Below are positions 28,794 through 42,690 of a stretch of 64,000 nucleotides of DNA, piece after piece. Source of the DNA: Eledone cirrhosa. Its lineage: Eukaryota. Made by a program: the position numbers and the translations under genes. How positions within the stretch are numbered: the stretch's first letter is position 1; each line of letters starts with the position of its first letter. The stretch is from contig OZ024750.1 of the NCBI GenBank assembly GCA_964016885.1, positions 47,678,001 to 47,742,000 of the forward strand, written 5' to 3'. The notes below the pieces were generated by a model. The model worked only from the letters and a program-made list of their open reading frames with translations. It was not told where the DNA came from and did not search any database.

Positions 28794-28871
28794 CATCACC
28801 ATTACTACTACTAATATTACTACTACTACTAATACTAATATTACTACTACCACCACTAACACTACTACTTA

Positions 28872-28942
<71 letters not shown>

Positions 28943-28946
28943 TTAA

Positions 28947-29120
28947 CAATTGTTTCTACTTCTGGCACAAGGCCAGTATTACTGGTACTTTATTTTATCG
29001 ACCCCGTAAGGATGAAAGGTAAAGTTGACCTTAGCGGGATTTGAACTCAGCATGGCAAGGGCCGTAACTCTATTCGTCAAAGCATAGCGCCCGACCCTCT
29101 ACCGACACTGCCAATCCACC
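28947..29120 (-). mobile_element. Nin-type tRNA SINE adjoining (TAC)n/(TAA)n
   Basis: CTGGTACTTTATTTTATCGACCCCGTAAGGATGAAAGG...GGGATTTGAACTCAG. Confidence 0.85.
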
Positions 29121-29139
29121 AATAATAATGATAATAATG

Positions 29140-29389
29140 ATTTCATTTATTAGCCACAAGGGCCGACATGTAGGGGACAATGGGGGTTTACAATAAGCTC
29201 GAGTAAAAGTGCGCAATGGCAAGTCTAATTTAACAATGAAGATATAAAAAATATAAAATAAACTATGTATAAATATAATAAAATCAATTCTCCGATAGGG
29301 GATGGACGACCCTGGGGTGACTCGGGTACACCACCAATCCTGAACCACCCTGCGCTTCTAGGGCACCCAGTGAGAGCACCCTTCTCCTC
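29140..29389 (-). mobile_element. 3' UTR fragment of a Tx1-like LINE in (TAA)n
   Basis: The end TTTATTAGCCACAAGGG..AGGGGACAA resembles the 3' end at 8895-8935. Confidence 0.55.
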
Positions 29390-29415
29390 AATAATAATGA
29401 TAATAATAATAATAA

Positions 29416-29655
29416 CCCGCGTATAGGAGAAGTACAAAAGATAGGACTAATGGGAACTGCCCATATACTAAGGAAGATGCTGTCATTATAAGTACATCAC
29501 AAGTCTAAACGCCGAAAGATGCATGTGTGTGTATGTATGTTCCTCCTTGAACATGGCGGACCTTCTTGTCTCTTGAGGTCACTGGTTGTGACTTGGTGAT
29601 AACTCGTATGAACATAAAGCAAGATAAATGCAACTGTAATAATAATAATAATAAT
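29416..29655 (+). mobile_element. 5'-truncated Dong/R4 LINE 3' end in (TAA)n
   Basis: RIGEVQKIGLMGTAHILRKMLSL* resembles LQKACLLGTARTLRYVLNI* at 59915; the 3' UTR motif TGAGG..CTGGTTGTGACTTG is also similar. Confidence 0.75.
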
Positions 29656-29707
29656 GTTAAAAATGCAATTGTTTCCGGATACAATTTGGCAGTATAGGTA
29701 GAGGGTT

Positions 29708-30079
29708 GGGTGGGTTGGCAGTATCGGTAGAGAGTCGGATGCCATGCTTTCCAGCATAGTTACGTCCCTTTACGATCTGAGTTCAAATCCCGCCGAGGTT
29801 GATTTGCTTTTCATTCTTACGGGGTCTAAAATAAAGTACCAGTAATGCACTGGGTAATTGCTGGCCTTGTGCCTAAAGTAGAAACAATTATGTGGATTGG
29901 CTGTATAGGTAGAGGGTCGGACGCCATGCTTTGACGCATAGAGTTAGGGCCTTGCCATTCTGAGTACAAATTCCGCCGCCGTTAACTTTGCCTTTCATCA
30001 ATCCAAGTACGGGGTCGATAAAATAAAGTACCAGTAATGCACTGGTGAATTGCTGACCTTGCGCCAAAAGTAGAAACAA
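29708..30079 (+). mobile_element. Two tandem Nin-type tRNA SINEs
   Basis: Two B-box plus core plus GCCTTGTGCC.AAAGTAGAAAC units. Confidence 0.85.
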
Positions 30080-30203
30080 CTATTTATGTAGATTAATTCT
30101 AAGTATTGAATATATATACATTGTCTACACACCCTACATATCTATGTATATGGGTGAAAATCAAGTAAATGTGTATACCGGGAGTTTTATACTATTCTAA
30201 CGT

Positions 30204-30291
<88 letters not shown>

Positions 30292-30950
30292 GTATATATA
30301 TATCTTATGTTGAATATTTCGGTGAACTATTGCATGCCACTGGGTCCTCATAGCATGCAAATTAAGGGCAGTTTCGGTACTAAACATGGATTGTTCCGTG
30401 GAGGGCTCCATGTACATGAAGGGGTCCATTCTGGAGAAATGGTAACCAGTCAGATAACACTAAGGATTAGCCGGAATACAAATGAAAAGCCCCAAATGGG
30501 ATACACAAAACTTGTCCAATTTCTTCAAACTTAAATAATCATTAATTTCAACAACATTTTTTTAAACATGAATGCAACATACTTCGATCGTTAGTATGCA
30601 AAATCAAAGAATATTCGTGGTGTTATACTTTTCAGGATCGATAATGTAAAATAGGTCAAAGGATATGAACTTCCGCCCTTGTGATTTATTTTCTGCTTCA
30701 TAAAGATGTCATTATCGGAGAGTTGATATGGAGGAAATTGAAAAGTGAAAAATAATTTCTTAAATATTACTAACGCTGGGTAAAGCTCGAATCACCACGA
30801 CCCATTTCTTTTAGCACTGTAAATGGCTGAGAGGGTCCGGAGAAGAGATAGCTTATGGTTCTGGCGCTACATTTAAGTACATGTTTTTATATAAGCAACA
30901 GTACTTACTGGTATTATAGAGACATATTCTTTCTTTCCCCGCTCTCATTA

Positions 30951-31048
<98 letters not shown>

Positions 31049-31086
31049 GGATATATATATATATATATATATTTAAATATATATAT

Positions 31087-31183
31087 GGGGTTACATTTTC
31101 CTATTACCTACTCTACTACCCTAAGTATTGAGTACCCTGGTGCGTTATGGTCCATCTGGTTCCTTACCACACCTCCTTCGTTT
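31087..31183 (+). mobile_element. Family A 3' fragment beginning at the predicted HHR cleavage site
   Basis: (AT)n|GGGGTTACATTTTCCTATTACC...CCTTCGTT|(TA)n. Confidence 0.8.
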
Positions 31184-31236
31184 TATATATATATATATAC
31201 ATATTAACAATATTAATAAATGGAAAATATCATTTA

Positions 31237-31897
31237 CAAGCATTAAAGCCCGGTGTTGCTCAGCGTCAGTAAGTTACCAAAGTCAGGTTGCACCACCCAT
31301 TTTATGGCACCACTTTTTATCTGCCAGGCACTGGGTGAATGAATTGCAGACCTGGACTGCCGAAGCAGGAGCTGCGCCAGTAGTGACAATTGTAGTTTCG
31401 CCTATGGATATTATCTCTGTGCAAAGAAGTGTTGAAATGTATAGTTTCACAGTACTTGCGCAACTTGCGCGTAGACGATGCCAGCTGAACAACAGAGCTG
31501 CGATGGATTTGTTCTGCATGGTTGTCTAATGTGTGTTTTCTAAATTTAAGACAGTAGGGAGGGGTGTGATATGTGAGAGAGTTAGCCGCTGTTTCTAGCA
31601 GGTTTAATGACCTCATAGAGGATATGTGTTTCCTAAATGTAAGACAGTTGGGAGTGGTGCAATATGGGGGAGAGTTAGCTGCTGTTTCTAGCAGATTTAG
31701 TGACCTCATAGATGATAAGATTTCTAACTTTAAGACAGTAGGGAGTGGTGTGATATGGGTGAGAGTTAGCTGTTGTTTCTAGCAGTTTTAGTGTCCCCAT
31801 AGAGGTTATGTTTTCTAAATTTAAGACCGTAGGGAGATGTGTGATATGGGGAGTGTTAACTGCTGTTTCTAGCAGGTTTAGTGACCTACTAGAGGAT
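31237..31897 (-). mobile_element. Second Helitron-like copy with tandem repeats
   Basis: Reverse complement of ~27900-28499; ends GAGCAACACCGGGCTTTAATGCTTG|T. Confidence 0.75.
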
Positions 31898-32914
31898 ATT
31901 ATTGTGTATAGTAAATAAACTGATACTTGTTTCTTCCACGCTCGTTGAGATTTAAAAAAAAAGATTTATCGCTATTTTTGTTGTTGTTGAATCAATTTAT
32001 CTGTTGCTTTTGAATAATTGTTGTTTCGTAAGGAATGTGATAAGCACTCTTCCTTGTCATTGAAGTAAATAAATGTTTCACCGTTCCACACTCAAAAACA
32101 AACTTTCTCTCTATTCGGCATTTTTAAAGGACGTTTGTAAGCATGTATGTAGTTTTATCGAATTTTAAGGGGAGAAGAGACAGGCGTCGGATTGAATTAG
32201 AGGGGTAGAGCGCTAGGTATTTAGTTTTATCGATTATTTACGTAATTGTGGGTGAGTTTGAATGAAATAAATAGTCGATAACATAAGTTATAGTATTTAC
32301 AACATTCTTACAGACGTTGAGTCGAATCGGTTTCAAATTATGCAAATGTATAATCATGGAACATGCACACACACACACACACAACAACAACAACAACAAT
32401 CTGCTTTTTATAGATAATGATAATACCATATTTATTGTATTATACGTATTTCAAGGACACAAGGTTGTTGTGTGCTTTCCTCAGGTGAAATATTATAGTT
32501 GGTGTTAAGATATTGACATACCTAACATAGTCTTAGTAGTATAAGCTCGCTAACAGCAGTGAGGTAAACATTCAAATCACAAGAGATATAAATTAACAAG
32601 GATACGTTAAAACAGAAATGGACCGTTATTAAATACGCTAGAAACAAATGAAAAATAGTGTATTTATATTGGTCGTGTTGCGATTAAAGATTGAAATATT
32701 AGTGTAGAATTATGCACACAGACACACACATCCACACACACGTACACATACACACACACACACACGTAAATATACGGAAAATCTGGTTGCTTTAGAGAAT
32801 AACATAAACGAATATATATATACATATATATATTCAAAATATATATATATATATAAACAAGATGGCGTAGGACAGAACAAAGGAGAGGCACAAAAACAAA
32901 GAAAATAATCCCCA

Positions 32915-32957
32915 GTCACTGAAGAGGTCACATAATGTGTGACGAAAGAACTTTGAC
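32915..32957 (+). ncRNA. Compact type I hammerhead ribozyme
   Basis: GTCA-CTGAAGA-gGTCACAT-aat-GTGTGAC-GAAAG-aa-CTT^-TGAC. Confidence 0.78.
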
Positions 32958-33165
32958 AATATATAAACAATCATCTGGTTGTGGAGCCAGCCAACAAACC
33001 CGGAAATTTATAAATTCATAAATTTACGAATTTATTATAATACATTGAATTGAAGCATCTGGTGCGTGTGTTTCTTATTGGCAACACGACCCACCCAAAG
33101 TATAACAATATCGGTTTAATCACACGTTTTCAGATAAAGATTATTGCTAAACGAATTCAGAAAGG

Positions 33166-33222
<57 letters not shown>

Positions 33223-33253
33223 AATAATGGCTGCGCGTTGCAAATGGTGGTGC

Positions 33254-33993
33254 ATATGAAAAAGTGAGTCCTTCATCAGTGACCCTCCAACCGTCCCAGC
33301 ATTTTATCGCTTTAAGGGCCATATGCCTCAGGTTGGTGCGAACAACGGCTAAAAAAAGTCGTTGGGACACGTAAATAAAGGGGACGTTAGGGTAACAGAC
33401 AAAATGGTTTAAGCAACGGAAAGTGAGAAGAAATAGACAAGTCACTACCTCTCCTCCTCCTCTTTCCTCCTCCTCCTTCAAGTTTGACCTGCGTGAAATT
33501 CTTTTCTCGCGCGTCCTGGTCAAGCTGGTATGGAATTTTTTTTCTCTCTCTCTTTCGTCTGCGACTTCACAAAACTTATGTTTACCGAATTCGTAGACCA
33601 GACCCCTTCTTCTTCTTCTTCTTCTTCTTCTTCTTCTTCTTCTTCTTCTTCTTCTTCTTCTTCTTCTTCTTCTTCTTCTTCTTCTTCTTCTTCCCCCCGT
33701 TAGACTTGTGCGAAATTCCTTCCTTTCTCACATTTCAACCAGGTTTGATGGTCTTTTGTCTCTTGTTCACGATTTCACCGAGTTTATATTCATAGAGATC
33801 TGGGACTTGTCTATTTCTTCTCACTTTCCGTTGCTTAAACCATTTTGTCTGTTACCCTAACGTCCCCTTTATTTACGTGTCCCAACGACTTTTTTTAGCC
33901 GTTGTTCGCACCAACCTGAGGCATATGGCCCTTAAAGCGATAAAATGCTGGGACGGTTGGAGGGTCACTGATGAAGGACTCACTTTTTCATAT
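33254..33993. repeat. 190-bp apparently perfect inverted repeat with 360-bp spacer
   Basis: Arms 33254-33443 and 33804-33993; each carries an outward-facing CTGATGA; the spacer contains (TTC)n. Confidence 0.92.
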
Positions 33994-34648
33994 ATATATA
34001 TATATACGCACATGTACGTGAGTGTAGGTGATTCATGTAATCATAGATAGATATTTTTATCATATATTTCAAAAATGTAAATCTATTTATATTGTTTCTA
34101 TAAAAAAAAATATATTTTAATGTAGTAAATTATATCTACAAATATATATGGTTAATAATTATGTGAGTAAGTATAACCGTATTTATTAAATATGTAAACA
34201 AACTATGGGGAATAACTCTAAATTATAAGAGGTTACAAGTTTTGTATTCAAGTTATATTTTCGATAAACATTGAATAATATATATGTTGATCTATTACGT
34301 TTTATAATTATTATTATATTATTTATATTGTAAATAAACAGTTTAAATAACATTTCAGAACATCATATAAAGGGTTAATTGGTTAAAGAACGTTTATAGA
34401 GATTATGAAAGATCTTGGAAATTTATGCAAACAAGAATGAAATATAATTTTCTTTTTATTAATAATATTACCAGGATTGGTAATTATATAAAATATTTCC
34501 TCCGTACAAAGCAGACAAGAATGTTGGTATACTTGAGCGTTCTTTAAGAGTAATATTCACTCGTTTACAATTATGCAAACATCTTCTTTTAAGCCATGAC
34601 CATAGCATGAGCTCCTCATTCTCGCTCTTTTGTAGGCATGCAAACACA

Positions 34649-34695
34649 ACTGCAGACTCTAATGTTTCTGGGTGACTACCCTTCATCAGTTCAGT
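34649..34695 (-). ncRNA. Type I hammerhead ribozyme
   Basis: Minus strand: ACTGAA-CTGATGA-aGGGT-agtc-ACCCa-GAAAC-attaga-GTC^-TGCAGT (one stem I mismatch). Confidence 0.7.
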
Positions 34696-34792
34696 TTGCT
34701 GCTTACCTGTCATCTGTCAGAGCTACTGAAAATATATGATATTTTTTATATATATATATATATTGTTATACACGGGACGGGTCATATTGTTG

Positions 34793-34832
<40 letters not shown>

Positions 34833-34835
<3 letters not shown>

Positions 34836-35290
34836 AAAGTTCGATTTAAAATTGTTGGGATACAACAAGTAAATATTTTTATAACTGATATAAAGCACTC
34901 GACAAATATTTGGAGTAGATATACGATATTAATAAATGGAAACTATATTTATAAAACCATATTTATTTCATTATACATATTTCAGGGATACCAACTTAAA
35001 TTATGGTATGCCTTCATCAGACAAAATACAATATATAACAGTTTTACGAATAAGCTTTGACGTACCCTTTTAAAATGCAACCATTATTTTTGAAAGCCAA
35101 CAATTATTTTTGGCTTCCAAAAATAATGGTTGCATTTTAAAAGGGTACGTCAAAGCTTATTTGTAAAACTGTTATGTATTGTATTTTGTCTGATGAAGGC
35201 ATACCATAATTTAATTTGGTATCCCTGAAATATGTATAATGAAATAAATATGGTTTTATAAATATAGTTTTCATTTATTAATATCGTATA
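34833..35290. mobile_element. Family B inverted-repeat element with two intact-core HHRs
   Basis: Arms ~34919-35100 and ~35110-35290. HHR TATTTTGT-CTGATGA-AGG.ATACCA..TGGTAT.CCT-GAAATATGT-ATA^-ATGAAATA at 35182-35246 (+) and 34964-35028 (-). Confidence 0.88.
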
Positions 35291-35348
35291 TATATATATA
35301 TATATATATATATCATTGCAGTTATATATCTATATATCTCTCTCTTTT

Positions 35349-35444
<96 letters not shown>

Positions 35445-35921
35445 AGTACGACACTAAAGGCAGTGAAAACGAAAATATAGAAAACATTAAACAATTGGAA
35501 AAAAAAATTGTGAAATAAAAGACACGTGGTAGCATTTCTACGAATATTTCAACAACAGAAAAATGAAAATGTTTACGGAAGAAAAAGGTTTTAATATTTC
35601 TGGTGGAAAACATTCTTTACGTAGATTAAAAGAAAAGGAAATAAAAACGTTCGGCTCTAGGACAGTGATTGACAGAAGAAATATTTGTTGGAAAGAAAAC
35701 AATACATATTTGTTGAGTTTTATATGACATGGAATTGACAATTAATTATTAGGACAATTACATTTATTAAATGTTATGTATATACTTTCGTATAGATTTC
35801 TCTATAATGCATCACATTATTAAATGGAAGAGAATATTTAACTTTACAAAAATCATGTCAACTCTTAAATATATTGTCAATTTACTTCACTTACAAAAGA
35901 CAATATATATATGCATACATA

Positions 35922-36036
<115 letters not shown>

Positions 36037-36163
36037 GTGTATTTATAAATACATATATATATATATAGAGAGAGAGAGAGATAGATGGATATATATATAT
36101 GTACGTATATATTCAGATATAGAGATACATATTTAAATGTATATATATATATATATGCATATA

Positions 36164-36231
<68 letters not shown>

Positions 36232-36536
36232 CGTATGTGTGTGTGTGTGCGTGTGTGTATGTATACTTACATATGTACGTATGTGTGTGGAAGTAATCTT
36301 CCACCGATTACGAGTAATGGAATAATTGTAATGAAATTATGTAATGGAATGTATGATTAAGAAAGTAAAATAAAAATAATAGTAATCTAAATGAAATAAT
36401 CAAAATATTGATTATATAAAGGATATAAAGAGATAATGGAGTCGTTATATTGTATTAGCTATTACAATATCAGCTTGAATACGTTACGAGAGATACGTAA
36501 TTGAATAACATCTCATGTAAGATATTATAAGCTTCG

Positions 36537-37115
<579 letters not shown>

Positions 37116-37217
37116 AATATATATATATATCACATAAAATACTCTGCTCTGTAAGAGCATCGTGTGCTCAAATGGCCTACCGCTTACGGACGCTTTAAGC
37201 ATCACACACCAATTATT

Positions 37218-37272
<55 letters not shown>

Positions 37273-37323
37273 AAATTATGAATAAACAAAGAAACAGTTC
37301 CTTATATTAAACAAAAAAAGTTC

Positions 37324-37460
37324 ATTATTTTACGATCGTTTCTAGGACATATATGTGTTAGAATTGGTATGCATATTCAAAAGATCTATGTACAAAATTA
37401 TACAAACTATCAAAGAGAATATACATACCATCACATATATATGCTGTCTTCAGAAATAAT
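37324..37460 (-). ncRNA. Type I hammerhead with long stem II
   Basis: Minus strand: ATTATTT-CTGAAGA-cag-CATATATATGTG...CACATATATG-tccta-GAAAC-GATC-GTA^-AAATAAT; palindromic ACGATCGT. Confidence 0.75.
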
Positions 37461-37476
37461 ATATATATAATAATAA

Positions 37477-37512
<36 letters not shown>

Positions 37513-37538
37513 TATACATAATATATATATAATAATAA

Positions 37539-37611
<73 letters not shown>

Positions 37612-38138
37612 TGGTATACTTGGGGAGGGTCATATTGCCAGTAATGTTTCCAGAATTAATAACAGAACACATTCACTGTTTGGTTGGTTTTCGCTTCTGT
37701 ATAATTTATATTAGTTAATTCATTCGGTCCTAAATCTTTAACATTGACTGACCAACGGTCAAAAGTACAGATAAAATATAGATATAAACACATATATATA
37801 ATCAAACAAAGTTATTTCGTTGCACATCAGCAACATCGTCATTGGTGCTATTATGTTCCTATGTTGTATTATATATCTACGCCATTTTTTATTTTTTCTG
37901 TTTATTTATTTAATTATTTATTTATATTTGTCTTAAGTCAGTATTGTTTGTTTGGGTGTTGCTGTTCTTCCATTCATATTTTCTGTTTAGCTTTGGCCTA
38001 AGTTCTATTTCACTTGCCTCTCTGATTTGCCTATCTGCTGGGTCATTTCTACGTTTAGATATTATTTTAATTTATATGTTGGCTATGTTACCGTCATGGC
38101 GCGTTATGGTCCAACTGGTTCTTTACCACACCTACTTC

Positions 38139-38189
<51 letters not shown>

Positions 38190-38707
38190 CTAATGAATCG
38201 AAAATGAAAATGGGCCTTTTTTTAAGAATATTTATTTGTTTCCTCTACCAGGTTCACAGTTCTTATGCTTTTCAAAAGTAGAATGGAGAATGAGACTTTG
38301 AGGTTCTTCAATGTCCGTGATAGAGTGGTTATGTTAGTATATGGCTATCCAAAGTAAATACAATATATATTGTTTATTCTTTTTTGGTTCTTTCCTTTTT
38401 CGAAATGTATTTCCTTTTTATATATCACAAATGGGTAAATGTAAAGGGGGAAAAAAAAACCCAAAAAATTATTCGAATATGCAATTGGAGTCTTTAAGAA
38501 GTTTATTTACAAAACACGGTTCGAGAGAGTCTAGTCGTGCAGAATTGTAACGCATGTAACACATTTCACAGCTTTTCTTAATTTCTCAGAATATTGAAAC
38601 TTGTGAAGCCGTTAAAGTTATGTATTAATTAAAATAAAAATTAATAAAGTCTGCGATTGAATGGTTTGAAATTATTTTGTTCACACACACACACACATAC
38701 ACATGCA

Positions 38708-38739
<32 letters not shown>

Positions 38740-38793
38740 TACACACACACACACACACACTCACAGACACATACACACACATACATATATATA

Positions 38794-38836
<43 letters not shown>

Positions 38837-38853
38837 ACATTTATATATATATT

Positions 38854-38979
<126 letters not shown>

Positions 38980-39453
38980 TTTTTAATTATATATATGTAT
39001 ATACATATATATATACATATATATATTATTGATGACATGAGGCCGACTGGACTGGTGGATATACTTTAGAAAACACTATGTAGTTTGAAGTGGCCAGGTA
39101 AAATAGATTCCTGGTGACATCATCAGTGCATTTTGCATAATAGTTATGTAATAAAGGAATAATGGTGAGCACAATCAAAGAGTCTTTAATTTGAGATAGC
39201 AGATAAAAAAAAAGTGGAAAAAGGCGATCAAGAGGGCCAGTTTATGTTAGTTTGCTGTTGAAGATAGTTATGTACCTCTGAAATATGTATAATACAATAA
39301 ACTTGATGACACAAATGTCTATATTTGTTAATATTTTGAATTAATATTAATAACTCCGGAAAACCATAACTGTGGCGTGCTTCTATTCTATTGTAAAACT
39401 TTCTTCATTGAACGTTGTATAACCTTTAAATATATATATATATATATATATAT

Positions 39454-39972
39454 CATGAAGGAGGTGTGGTAAGGAACCAGAATGACCATAACACACCAGA
39501 GTACTCAATACCAACTAAATATAATAGCTGTGTTAGATTCTAGAGATTTGTTATTATTTCTTACTATCCAGTTTGATAATTTTATATATTTTTAATGTAT
39601 TTATCATCTTCTAATCTCAATTGATTAACCTAGTCTATAACGTCTCCTCTCTATTTTCTCCAGAATCCTTTTTCGTCTGCTTCCATACTCAATCCATAGA
39701 ATTTGATGTATAAAATTCATTTTCAACACTTGACCGGGTCCACCCAATCGCTCATTGTTCTAGACGCAAGTTCAGCCACCCACTGCCATGAAACACTTAA
39801 TTGTGTTTACAAGAAACTTTGACCAATCCCCTTGACAACTACAATCTTCCCATATAAGGAAGTACCCTTTAAAAAGTACGGCTATTTATATGCCACGCTA
39901 AAAATTCAAATTTAATCGAATAATAGACGACGAAACTGTTTGAGCTCTGCCCGTCGAGGTCAAACATTTTCC

Positions 39973-39976
<4 letters not shown>
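39454..39976. mobile_element. Family A copy with longer upstream sequence and degenerate HHR
   Basis: Inverted tail at 39454-39511; the forward part CTTGACAACTACAATC..CCATATAAGGAAGTACCC...CGAAAC..GAGCTCTGCCCGTC..TTTTCCTATA matches 19600-19746. Confidence 0.75.
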
Positions 39977-40008
<32 letters not shown>

Positions 40009-40045
40009 GTATAAGATAAAAAGATGGTTAAAGGAGTTCCATGTA

Positions 40046-40112
40046 TTTTTTTATGCGCATTTCAAAAACAAACATCATCATGCAATAATATTTGTGATTT
40101 CATCAGATAAAA
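40046..40112 (-). ncRNA. Family E hammerhead at the 3' end of a probable PLE remnant (~39988-41110)
   Basis: Minus strand: TTTTAT-CTGATGA-AATCACAAAT..GTTTGTTTTT-GAAAT-GCGC-ATA^-AAAAAA; palindromic ATGCGCAT. Confidence 0.75.
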
Positions 40113-41491
40113 CAGGAGAACATGATATGAAGGCTAAAAAACACTTGTGGATAGTGCAGTTTTAAATCAACATATGAAAAGTGGTTTTAGATTGATGTGT
40201 GATATTGGGAAAAATATTTTATTTAGAGAGGGGGGGGGGTGGAAAGGATGAAAAAGGGGAGGAGATGAGAGGGAGAGATGGGTGATAGAGAGAAAGAGAT
40301 AGTTTTTATAACTGAGAGAAGATATTTTGTTTTACATAGAGAGGTTGAAAACCGTTGGAAGATAATGTATAAATTAAAAGAATTTGAAAATTAACGAAGG
40401 GAATTTATGTATGAAGATAGAGAGAAAAAATAATAATTGTGGATGAATATTCTAACGTCAAAAAAGTGTATGTTGATAAGTATTGTGGCAATTTCAAAAT
40501 TAACGAAGAGAAAAAATTATTAAGGTTTGTGTGTAGAAGGGTTTGAGAAAAATAATATGAAGTTAAAGTTTGTATATTGAAGGAATTGATATGTGCGAAT
40601 AAAGAGTTAATATGTATTAAGAATGAGTTCGTTGATGGGGAGAAAAAAAAAAAATAATAAATTAAGCATGAAATTGAGATTAAAATGTTTTATGATAGAG
40701 AGAAAAAATAATAATAATTGCGGATGAATATTCTAACGTCAAAAAAAAAATGTATATGTTATGAAGGATTTTACAAGGTGAAGATAGAAAGAGGGTAATG
40801 AGTAAACAAGTATTATAGAGTCAGTTCTTAGATGTGCCAGCTCTGTGTTTATGGTTTTAAATATATATTGATATATATGCGTGTATATGTATGTATGTTT
40901 ATATATACGTATATGTTAGAATAATATTCTGTATTTTTACCATCAGCTAACCTGCTGTTTTGGTTTACTCCTCCCATGTTTACTAGAATTTCTAATTTTG
41001 AACTTTACTTAAATATTTATTGTTCAGTTCGGAGATTATATCGATTGACGGATGGTGTTCTCTGCTGATTCTAGAAATACTATAGGGAAGATCTTATAAT
41101 CTTTATTGTTATATATATGATATTTAATGTTTCAAGTCAGATATATAAAACATACCAAATGAAATTTATCGATAACACAGAAAATCACATTGACCTCTTT
41201 CTCGCGCACGAATATACCGACACAGACACACACACAGAGACGGACAGACAGGCACATACACAAACAGGAACACACACACATATGTATACATTTAAAGACA
41301 AAGAAAAAAAATGTGATTAGAATTACAAGTGAAGTCATTATTTTCTTGATTTCAAATATCCCTAAACGATTTCACAGATTTTTAATATATATATATATAT
41401 ACATATAAATACATACACACACACCTATATACAGACACACCCACACATACACATACACACACACACACGCGCACACACATATACATATATT

Positions 41492-41568
<77 letters not shown>

Positions 41569-41570
41569 AT

Positions 41571-41627
<57 letters not shown>

Positions 41628-41667
41628 ATAAATATATATAGATATATATATATATTTATATATATAT

Positions 41668-41736
<69 letters not shown>

Positions 41737-42039
41737 AGAGTGCGTATGTATCTCTGTGTGTCTGTGTGTGCCTGTGTGTGTGTCTGTGTGTCCTTGACTG
41801 TCTGTCTGTGTGTGAATGCCTATATTTTCTCTTTGTATTGATTTCTCTTTCTACGTATTTCCATTATTTTATAGGTCAGTTGGATCAGGAACGTTGAAGT
41901 GTTTACGTCTTTTTGCTTTGATCGTAATGGATGTTGGCTGGAAAGGAATTGGAACACAAATTCATAATAAGGTTAACCGAATAACTGGTATTTATTCGTT
42001 TGGGATATATTTTTCCTGTTAGAAATTATATATTTTTCT

Positions 42040-42383
42040 AGCGCGGGTAAAATTCCTGAGATCCATCGACGAGTTCTCTCCAGCGTCTCTGTCCCTCATT
42101 ATCGCTGCCATGTCCTGCGTCTCCAACAGACCAGTATCTGTCCTTAGGGCATCAACATACGTTAACCTTTGTCTTCCTCTTCCAGTGTGTCCATGTAGGG
42201 GCTCCCACAGGAACACTGAGTGCAAGGTCAATTCTGGATGTTGATGAGCATGTCCAGCAAACCTCAGATGGTGGATGGGTGTTACACGAGAATGCTGAGG
42301 CTGGCTCAGAACATTAATCAGTATACACTGAGGATGAAAAACTCAGAGGTGTATGGGAGCCTCTCAAAAGTCATCTCAAAAGT
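42040..42383. mobile_element. RTE-type LINE fragment with inverted 5' part
   Basis: Minus strand 42270-42040: HLRFAGH..VFLWEP.HG..GRGRQRLTYVDAL..DTGL. Plus strand 42271-42383: VDGCYTRMLR..N...[14 protein letters not shown]. Confidence 0.8.
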
Positions 42384-42403
42384 ATATATATATATCTACA
42401 TAA

Positions 42404-42497
<94 letters not shown>

Positions 42498-42502
<5 letters not shown>

Positions 42503-42690
42503 TGTAATAAACAACATAAGATAATTATTTCATTTACCAGTAGTTTGTTGAAATCAAAATTGTTTGCTTTCAAGAAAGCACTGGTGAATGAAATAATTAT
42601 CTTATGTTGTTAATTACATAACTTATAAGCTATGTAACCTACATAGAGCACTCTTTTTTTCCTTGACTTACCGACGGAATTACTTCATAT
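42498..42690. mobile_element. Family F small inverted element (another copy at ~44860-44922)
   Basis: AGTTATGTAAT.AACAACATAAGATAATTATTTCATT occurs in both orientations; includes GAAAT-AATT-ATC, resembling an HHR 3' half. Confidence 0.7.

Noticed and set aside
39074-39130. Minus-strand CTGATGA with a good stem II
   Set aside because: GAAA reads CAAA and stems I and III are unclear; probably a decayed HHR, so it was not counted.
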